A stretch of 64,000 nucleotides of DNA from Bacteroidales bacterium (GTDB lineage: Bacteria > Bacteroidota > Bacteroidia > Bacteroidales > F082): the NCBI GenBank assembly GCA_015491905.1, contig WGGC01000066.1:3833-67832 (forward strand), written 5' to 3'. Positions within the stretch are counted from its first letter, which is position 1; each line of letters opens with the position of its first letter. Below are positions 56,472 to 64,000 of this stretch, piece after piece. The notes beneath the pieces are model-generated. The model did not search any database and had not been told where the DNA came from. It worked only from the letters and a program-made list of their open reading frames with translations. A program made the position numbers and the translations under genes.

Positions 56472-59400
56472 TTGAAACATCTGAAATTTTACCATTTTAA
56501 ACTTTTATTTCTCATTCTGATTGGGATTTTCCTTTCATCACCTTCTATTTTTGCTCAAAATATTAACAGAAACAAAAGCGGATTTAATATTTTGAATGAT
56601 TCTACGGCTTCTTTACTGTTTCCATTTAAAGATTTTACAGGAATCCCTTCCCTTGACACCTTAAATAGCAGTCCTTTATTCCTTAAATTACCTCCTAATA
56701 TTCATCAAAAAATTATATACAATCCTCTTAAAGATAAATATGAAATTGTATATATGGCAGGGAATTTTGCTGTTCGTCCGCCGGCCCTTATGAATCTTTC
56801 TACATTCCGTAAATATGAAAATAAAAAAGCTTTACAGCATTACTGGATGCAAAAGGCATATACAACAGGAACCGCCAACGGAAAACGCCTTATTCCAAAA
56901 ATATACATAAAAGGTAAGGCTTTTGAACAAATTTTTGGGAGCAATACCATTGATATCCGTCCGCAGGGTTCAGCGGAGATTAGCTTCGGGGTGCTCTCTA
57001 ACTTTCGTGATGACCCTTCTATTGACGTGCGACAGCGAAGGACTACAAACTTCGATTTTAATGAAAAAATTCAAATGAATGTATCTGCACGAATTGGTGA
57101 CAAACTTTCTTTTCGTGCCAATTATAATACCCAGTCGGCATTTAACTTTGAAAACACTCTTAAATTAAAATATGTTGGTAAAGAAGATGATATTATTAAA
57201 TCTATCGAAGCCGGAAATGTTAGCATGCCACTGCAGTCGAGTTTAATTACCGGAGCACAGAGTTTATTTGGAGTTAAAACAAAACTCCAGTTTGGAAAAA
57301 CAGCCATTACAGCAGTGTTTTCACAACAGCAAAGTCAGACAAAAAATATTACAGTTCAAAATGGAGGACAAAAAAATCATTTCCAGCTTACCCCGCTTGA
57401 TTATGAGGAGAATAGGCATTTTTTTCTAAGTCAATATTTTAGGGATCATTATGAACAGGCTTTAAAAACACTTCCTATTGTCTCTTCTGATATTAATATT
57501 ACTAAAATTGAAGTCTGGGTAACAAATATTGGGCCTGCTACTCAGCAAAACCGGAATGTTGTTGCTTTTACTGATCTCGGAGAAGGAAAAAAAGCTGAAA
57601 TATATAATCCTTATATTCAGCCTTTACCGGGAGGTGCCCTTCCTACTAACAATTCTAATAATTTACTTGCAAAAATCGACACTCTTAAAGTGCGCAATAT
57701 AAATACAGTTACAAATTATCTTACCGGTGATCCGTTGGGAATTGGAAAAACAAATTATTTCACTTCTGGAGAGGACTATGTAAAACTTGAAAATGCCCGC
57801 CGGCTAAAGCCTTCAGAATATACCGTTAACACTAAATTAGGGTTTATTACATTAAACACAGCATTAAGTAAAGATCAGGTATTAGCTATTGCTGTGCAAT
57901 ATACTGTAATTGGTCATAATGAGGTTTTTCAGGTTGGAGAGTTTTCAGATCAGGGTATCAGTGCACCGAAGGCATTAATATTGAAATTACTCAAAAGTAA
58001 TACTCTTAATACTTCAATGCCGATGTGGAATTTGATGATGAAAAATGTATATGCCATAGGTGGATATCAAATACAACCCAAAGATTTTGTGTTGAATATT
58101 TTATATTCGGGTAATAAACAAGGCGTTCCTACCGGTTATTTTACGGAAGGGAGCCATAGAGTAAAGGGTGTTCCTTTATTACATTTATTTGATTTGGATA
58201 ATCTCGACCAACAATTAAACCCGGTACAGGGAGGAGATGGTTTTTTCGACTTTATTAATGGTGCTGAAACTACCGGAGGTACATTCCAGGCTAGTAATGG
58301 GAGATTATATTTTCCTGTTTTGGAGCCTTTTGGAAAATTTATTCACGATTCTATTTTTCCTAATAATCCGGCTTTAGCCGATAAATATGCTTATGATTCA
58401 CTTTATTCGCAAACAAAAACCGGTGCAGAACAATATGCTGATAAAAATAAGTTTTGGTTGGAGGGATACTATCAGTCTGAATCAGGTTCAGAGATCAGCC
58501 TGAACGCTATGAACGTACCTCCCGGGTCTGTAAAAGTTACTGCCGGAGGTGTACCGTTAAAAGAAAATGTTGATTATACTGTTGATTATACTCTGGGCAG
58601 GGTTACTATCCTTAATCAGGGAATTTTAAGTTCGGGAACGCCTATCCACGTTTCTTTGGAAAATAATTCTCTTTTTAATTTGCAGCAAAAAACAATGATG
58701 GGTTTTAATGTAACTCATGTTTTTAATCGGCATTTAAAAATTGGAGGTACATTACTAAATCTTCATGAACGACCGCTGACACAAAAAATTAACTACGGAC
58801 AAGATCCTATCTCCAATACCATATGGGGTATGAATCTTTCCTATTCCAACGAATCGCGGTTATTGACAAAATGGGTTTCCAAACTTCCGGGAGTATCATC
58901 ACAAACAAAGTCCAATATAAATTTATATGCAGAATTTGCACAGTTTTTTCCGGGTCATTCTAAAACCATTGGAAAATCAGGAACTAGTTATATTGATGAT
59001 TTTGAAGGAGCCAAGTCAACAATTGATTTAACCAATATCAATGCATGGTTTCTGGCCAGTACTCCACAAGGTCAACCGGGACTTTTCCCGGAGGCTTATT
59101 CTCAATCAGGATTGGACTACGGAAAAAACAGGGCTTTATTTTCATGGTATATTATAGATCCGACAATATTTTATGATATTCGAGGAACTTTGAGGCCTCC
59201 AAATATTTCCAAAGATGAAATTTCAAAAAATTCTACACGGCAGGTGCTGGAAACGGAAGTTTTTCCTAATAAAGATATTCCAAATGGAGTTCCTACCAAT
59301 ATTCCGGTTTTTAACCTTGCATTTTTTCCATCTGAGAAAGGAGCTTATAATTATGATGTTGCGTCAGGAACTTATTCGTCAGGAATTAATCAGGACGGTA

Positions 59401-62400
59401 CTTTGGCACAACCAGACAGCCGTTGGGGGGGTATGATGAGAAGTCTGGAAACAACGGATTTCCAGTCTGCTAATATCCAATATATAGAATTTTGGATGAT
59501 GGATCCTTTTTCCTCAAACTCCACTAATAAGGGGAAATTATATATAGATCTGGGAGATATTTCTGAAGATATTTTACGAGATGGAAGGAAAAGTTATGAA
59601 AATGGATTGCCTGCCACAGACGTAGTAAAAGATGTGGACACTACTCTTTGGGGCCGTGTGCCTAAATTGCAGTCATTGGTAGAATCTTTCAGTAATATTC
59701 CGGGATCCAGAGTTTATCAGGATGTAGGTTATGATGGCTTGAGTGATAATGATGAGAAGAATTTCTTTTCCCGGCAATATTTAGATTTGATAAAAAAACA
59801 ATATGGCGTTAATTCACAGGCTTATGTGTTGGCAAATATTGATCCCTCTTCTGATGATTATCATTATTACCGTGGTTCTGATTATGATGTAAATCCATTG
59901 TATTCAAGTATTACCGAAAGGTATAAACATTATAATAATTCGGAAGGCAATTCTCCTACAGCAGCACAAAACCCGGAACCATATAATACAACAGGAAGTA
60001 ACCTTCCTAACAGAGAAGATATTAATAATGATAATACTTTAAGTGAGTCGGAACGATATTATCAATATAAAATTGATTTGGACCCTTCACGTATGAACGT
60101 TGGGGAGAATTATATTACTGATATACATCAGGCAGCGAATATCAGGTTGCCTAACGGCGAAACAACAAGTGTAAAGTGGTATCAGTTTAAAATTCCGGTT
60201 CGTATTCCCGATAAGGTAGTAGGAAATATAAAAGATTTCCAGTCTGTTAGGTTTATGCGCGTGTTTATGAAAGGTTTCTCCAAGCCAATTGTTGTTCGTT
60301 TTGCAAGGTTTAATTTGGTTAGGGGCGACTGGCGTTCTTTTACACAATCTTTGTTGCCCAAAAATAATACCTCACCGGTAGGAAATACTTCTCAAACTCA
60401 TTTTGTTATTTCTACAGTAAATCTGGAAGAAAATGCAAACAGGCTGCCTGTTCCTTATGTAATTCCTCCCGGTATTCAACGGGAAGTAAACTTCGGTACT
60501 ACTAATTATGTAAGGCTTAATGAGCAATCATTACAGTTTACAGTTATTAATTTAGCCGACGGAGATGCAAGAGGAGCATATAAAAATACCAGTTTTGACT
60601 TTCGTCAGTATAAAAAAATAAAAATGTTTGCTCATGCTGAAAAACTTTTGGCAGATCAAAATTTGAAAAATGGTGATTTACGTCTTTTTATACGTATAGG
60701 CTCTGATTTTACTCAAAATTATTATCAGTATGAAATTCCGTTACAGTTTACGCCATGGTATACTTCTTCGGCAAATCCTGATGCTATATGGCCTGCCGCG
60801 AATCAAATGGAAATAATACTGGATAAACTAATTCAGGTAAAACAAGATCGTAATATTGCTATGCGAGCGGGAAATTCTAATGTTTCTTTGTTTACTCCTT
60901 TTTCTGAATATGATGGTGGTGATAAGATTACTGTTGTCGGTAACCCTAATTTAGGTGATGTGAGAGGGGTACTTATAGGTGTGAAAAATCCGGCTCGTGT
61001 CGGTGCTTCTCTGAAAGATAATGGACAGCCTGTAAATGCAGTAGTTTGGGTTGATGAACTTAGATTGACAGATTTTAATAAGAAATCAGGCTGGGCTGCT
61101 ACAGGCAGACTTGAAGCAAATTTATCCGATTTAGGAAGAATCTCTGCAAGTGGAACATATCAATCTGCAGGTTTTGGGTCTCTCGATCAAAGGCTTACAC
61201 AAATTTCTTTGGATAATTCTGCCGGCTATACAGTTGCTACAGATATGGATCTGGGAAAACTATTGCCTAAAAAAGCAGGGATTAAAATACCTTTCCATAT
61301 GGATTATGGTAAAGGGGTAATTACTCCTGAATATAACCCTTTAAATCCTGATACAAAATTAAAAAGAGATCTTTCAGGCTATTCTACACGTGCACAAAAA
61401 GACTCTGTAAGAAATATTGTTATTGATTATACCAGGAGGACGAATATAAATTTTATGAATGTACATAAAGAACGTACAGGCAATAGAACAAAAAAGAAAT
61501 CTCCCAGAATTTATGATCCTGAAAATTTTAATGTTTCATTTGCATATTCACAGATATATCGCCATAATATTGATATTAAATCTGATAATATGGTGAATTA
61601 TCAGGGTGGCTTTGGATATAATTATTCTATACAACCAAAAAATATTAAACCTTTTGCTAAAATTAAGCAATTGAAATCACCATGGTTACAGTGGCTTAAA
61701 GATTTTAATTTTTATTTACTTCCAAAAATGATTTCTATACGAAGCGATATGCAGCGGCTGTTTAACCGGCGTTTATATAGAGATAAAAGTATCGGGAATA
61801 TTATTATATATCCTACATATAAACGACTATGGACATGGAATCGGGATTATACCTTAAAATATGATGTTTCAAACTCTCTTTCGGTAGAATATATGGCAGG
61901 AGCAAAAGCTTATATTCGTGAACCTCAGATCTTCCCTGATAAAAATACCCAGGCATGGAATGATTATAAGCGGGAAGTTTGGGGACAAATAACTTCAATG
62001 GGAACATTACAGAACTTTAATCATTCCTTAAGAGTTTCTTATCAGGTGCCATTTTCTAAAATACCTTTAACCGACTGGCTGAATATGACCGGAAGCTATC
62101 AAACACAATATAACTGGAATGCTTCACCTTTTGCTGTGCAACATCGTTTTGGAAATAACATCGAAAATTCACGAAATATTCAAATTAACAGTGGCGCCAA
62201 TTTCAGACGACTATTTAATAAAATACCATTTTTAAGAAAAGCCAATAGCAGGAGGGGAGGGCGCACAATGAATAATCCTCGCATTGCAAATGCAGAGAAA
62301 ACAAAAGATAAATCAAATAGGCTTTCCCGAAATAACGGACTGAAAACCATTGGGAATGGTTTTTTGAGACTGCTAATGTTTTTGCAAAATGCAAATGTTG

Positions 62401-63737
62401 TTTATTCCAGATCTGATGGAACACAACTTCCGGGATTTAAACCTGTACCTGATTTTGCAGGCATGAACCTTTCTGCCGCAGCTCCCGGGTGGGGATTTGT
62501 TTTTGGAAGTCAGGCAGATATTCGTGGTAAAGCAGCAGACAGAGGTTGGATTACAAAAGATACAATACTAAATCAACCATATATTACTAAATTAACAGAA
62601 CAGCTGTCTTATAAACTCAATGGTAATATTTTAAACACAGTAACAATCGATGTTGAAGGAAGCCGTATTTTTGGAAAAAATTATACATCCTATTATCGAT
62701 TTGACCCCGCCAGAGGTAATTTTTTTAGCTTCTCACCTATTGAAGCAGGTAATTTTAGTATTTCCTATCCTTTTATTCGCACAGCTTTTGAAAAAGGTAA
62801 TAACGATAACTTCTCGAATGCTTTCGAACAGTTTAAAAAATACAGGCTGGCAGTTGCCGAGCGTTTGGCCTTTAACAACCCTAAATGGTCGGGTCAGTAT
62901 GTTTACGATAGTATTGCCCGGCAAAATTTTCCTTTGGGTTATACTTCCACTCAGCAGGATGTAATGTATTTCGCTTTTCTTTCCGCTTATTCCGGTTCTT
63001 CGCCGGGACAGATGGATGTTAGTAGTGCTTTTCCGAAAATACCTTTTCCAAACTGGAGGATTAACTTTAACGGCCTTACCCGTATTAAAGCTATTGGAAA
63101 AATATTTCGAAGTTTAAATATTTCGCATGGTTATCGTTCTGTGCTAAGCATAAATTCATGGAAATCCAATGTTTTATTCGACGCTGCTAATCCTGATAAG
63201 GTATATAAAAATACTTATAATTTTATTAATCAATATGATTTAGGGATTGTATCTTTCTATGAACAATTTAGCCCTCTTATTGGTATTGATTTTACACTTA
63301 AAAATAGTTTTGGCGGACGTGTAGAGTATAAGAAATCAAGAAATATTGTATTAAGTTTTGTTAATAACCAAATTACAGAAATAGATGCCAACGAACTTGT
63401 TGTTGGTCTTAGTTATCGCTTAAGGGGGTTGAAATTTTCAATAGCAAATTTTACAGGTAAAAAGGGTAAAAGATATAATACAGATTTAAATCTAAAAATG
63501 GATTTTGGTATGAGGGATAATAAAACAATTTTGAGACGTATTGATGAAGCTAATAACCAGATTTCTGCAGGTTCCAGACAGTTTACTTTAAATTTTGCTG
63601 CTGATTATATGTTAAGTAGTAGTCTCCAGTTTCGTGCTTATTTTAACTGGAATCGTAACAACCCGTATATTTCAACTCAATTTCTTAATGCAACTTCAAA
63701 CGGAGGTTTTACTTTACGGTTTCTATTAGGCCAATAG
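56472..63737 (+). CDS. sprA: Type IX secretion system outer-membrane translocon SprA (Sov)
   Basis: 2421 aa; FDFNEKIQMNV, SIEAGNVSMPL, YIDDFEG, RWGGMMR, WVDELRLTDF; canonical position after ruvA. Confidence 0.95.
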   Translation: MKHLKFYHFKLLFLILIGIFLSSPSIFAQNINRNKSGFNILNDSTASLLFPFKDFTGIPSLDTLNSSPLFLKLPPNIHQKIIYNPLKDKYEIVYMAGNFAVRPPALMNLSTFRKYENKKALQHYWMQKAYTTGTANGKRLIPKIYIKGKAFEQIFGSNTIDIRPQGSAEISFGVLSNFRDDPSIDVRQRRTTNFDFNEKIQMNVSARIGDKLSFRANYNTQSAFNFENTLKLKYVGKEDDIIKSIEAGNVSMPLQSSLITGAQSLFGVKTKLQFGKTAITAVFSQQQSQTKNITVQNGGQKNHFQLTPLDYEENRHFFLSQYFRDHYEQALKTLPIVSSDINITKIEVWVTNIGPATQQNRNVVAFTDLGEGKKAEIYNPYIQPLPGGALPTNNSNNLLAKIDTLKVRNINTVTNYLTGDPLGIGKTNYFTSGEDYVKLENARRLKPSEYTVNTKLGFITLNTALSKDQVLAIAVQYTVIGHNEVFQVGEFSDQGISAPKALILKLLKSNTLNTSMPMWNLMMKNVYAIGGYQIQPKDFVLNILYSGNKQGVPTGYFTEGSHRVKGVPLLHLFDLDNLDQQLNPVQGGDGFFDFINGAETTGGTFQASNGRLYFPVLEPFGKFIHDSIFPNNPALADKYAYDSLYSQTKTGAEQYADKNKFWLEGYYQSESGSEISLNAMNVPPGSVKVTAGGVPLKENVDYTVDYTLGRVTILNQGILSSGTPIHVSLENNSLFNLQQKTMMGFNVTHVFNRHLKIGGTLLNLHERPLTQKINYGQDPISNTIWGMNLSYSNESRLLTKWVSKLPGVSSQTKSNINLYAEFAQFFPGHSKTIGKSGTSYIDDFEGAKSTIDLTNINAWFLASTPQGQPGLFPEAYSQSGLDYGKNRALFSWYIIDPTIFYDIRGTLRPPNISKDEISKNSTRQVLETEVFPNKDIPNGVPTNIPVFNLAFFPSEKGAYNYDVASGTYSSGINQDGTLAQPDSRWGGMMRSLETTDFQSANIQYIEFWMMDPFSSNSTNKGKLYIDLGDISEDILRDGRKSYENGLPATDVVKDVDTTLWGRVPKLQSLVESFSNIPGSRVYQDVGYDGLSDNDEKNFFSRQYLDLIKKQYGVNSQAYVLANIDPSSDDYHYYRGSDYDVNPLYSSITERYKHYNNSEGNSPTAAQNPEPYNTTGSNLPNREDINNDNTLSESERYYQYKIDLDPSRMNVGENYITDIHQAANIRLPNGETTSVKWYQFKIPVRIPDKVVGNIKDFQSVRFMRVFMKGFSKPIVVRFARFNLVRGDWRSFTQSLLPKNNTSPVGNTSQTHFVISTVNLEENANRLPVPYVIPPGIQREVNFGTTNYVRLNEQSLQFTVINLADGDARGAYKNTSFDFRQYKKIKMFAHAEKLLADQNLKNGDLRLFIRIGSDFTQNYYQYEIPLQFTPWYTSSANPDAIWPAANQMEIILDKLIQVKQDRNIAMRAGNSNVSLFTPFSEYDGGDKITVVGNPNLGDVRGVLIGVKNPARVGASLKDNGQPVNAVVWVDELRLTDFNKKSGWAATGRLEANLSDLGRISASGTYQSAGFGSLDQRLTQISLDNSAGYTVATDMDLGKLLPKKAGIKIPFHMDYGKGVITPEYNPLNPDTKLKRDLSGYSTRAQKDSVRNIVIDYTRRTNINFMNVHKERTGNRTKKKSPRIYDPENFNVSFAYSQIYRHNIDIKSDNMVNYQGGFGYNYSIQPKNIKPFAKIKQLKSPWLQWLKDFNFYLLPKMISIRSDMQRLFNRRLYRDKSIGNIIIYPTYKRLWTWNRDYTLKYDVSNSLSVEYMAGAKAYIREPQIFPDKNTQAWNDYKREVWGQITSMGTLQNFNHSLRVSYQVPFSKIPLTDWLNMTGSYQTQYNWNASPFAVQHRFGNNIENSRNIQINSGANFRRLFNKIPFLRKANSRRGGRTMNNPRIANAEKTKDKSNRLSRNNGLKTIGNGFLRLLMFLQNANVVYSRSDGTQLPGFKPVPDFAGMNLSAAAPGWGFVFGSQADIRGKAADRGWITKDTILNQPYITKLTEQLSYKLNGNILNTVTIDVEGSRIFGKNYTSYYRFDPARGNFFSFSPIEAGNFSISYPFIRTAFEKGNNDNFSNAFEQFKKYRLAVAERLAFNNPKWSGQYVYDSIARQNFPLGYTSTQQDVMYFAFLSAYSGSSPGQMDVSSAFPKIPFPNWRINFNGLTRIKAIGKIFRSLNISHGYRSVLSINSWKSNVLFDAANPDKVYKNTYNFINQYDLGIVSFYEQFSPLIGIDFTLKNSFGGRVEYKKSRNIVLSFVNNQITEIDANELVVGLSYRLRGLKFSIANFTGKKGKRYNTDLNLKMDFGMRDNKTILRRIDEANNQISAGSRQFTLNFAADYMLSSSLQFRAYFNWNRNNPYISTQFLNATSNGGFTLRFLLGQ

Positions 63738-63806
63738 GTTTATATAAATAGCATAAGATTTAGCGTATTAAAAAATTAATATTTTTGTTATATAAAAAAA
63801 TGATTT

Positions 63807-64000
63807 ATGAATCAAATAGATACCTTATCTAAAAGTGCTGCCCAATGGGGACAGGTTATGATTGATTTTGCAACCAAATATGGCCTTCGGTTATTAGGCG
63901 CCATTTTTGTTTTGTTTGTGGGTTTATGGTTAATAGGATTGTTAACCAGGAGTACTCATAAAATGATGAGCAGAGGTAATATTGACCCCTCTTTAAGTTC
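63807..64000 (+). CDS. mscS: Partial CDS: MscS-family mechanosensitive channel (N-terminus)
   Basis: Hand translation MNQIDTLSKSAAQWGQVMIDFATKYGLRLLGAIFVLFVGLWLIGLLTRSTHKMMSRGNIDPSL, open to the window edge. Confidence 0.75.
   Translation, partial: MNQIDTLSKSAAQWGQVMIDFATKYGLRLLGAIFVLFVGLWLIGLLTRSTHKMMSRGNIDPSLS

Overview
AT-rich chromosomal window from a Bacteroidota bacterium, probably Bacteroidales-like. This is supported by TAnnTTTG promoters, the sprA T9SS translocon next to ruvA, and a DUF4837/MltD/tatA cluster. Most of the window is housekeeping (rluB, tal, meaB, tadA, fadD, trpS, hflX, recJ, fldA, mltF, ssb, mltD, tatA, lysS, dxs, ruvA, sprA, mscS). The accessory zone lies between two convergent tRNAs, tRNA-Arg(CCT) at 3811 (+) and tRNA-Lys(CTT) at 20686 (-). 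It starts with an intact ~7.2 kb element integrated in tRNA-Arg, bounded by 19-bp att repeats with tandem arm-type sites. The element encodes a tyrosine integrase, two HTH/Xis proteins, an SF3 helicase, an iteron-like inverted repeat, a Zn-ribbon/TOPRIM-like protein, a small lipoprotein and one Gly/Ala-rich protein resembling phage virion ejection/pilot proteins. It has no recognisable capsid, terminase or relaxase, so it is a candidate new type of Bacteroidota phage satellite. Directly after it is the decayed left end of a sister element with a different arm-site sequence, followed by cargo genes (GT-C glycosyltransferase, ATPase-less ABC/HlyD/TolC cluster, TetR) and an internally deleted paralogous integrase. 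Elsewhere there is an archaeal (PaNhaP)-like Na+/H+ antiporter, an orphan promoter-terminator unit, a Flavo-1-like structured element and a 219-bp MITE. No rRNA or CRISPR array was seen. Family assignments rest on motif recognition from memory, not database searches.
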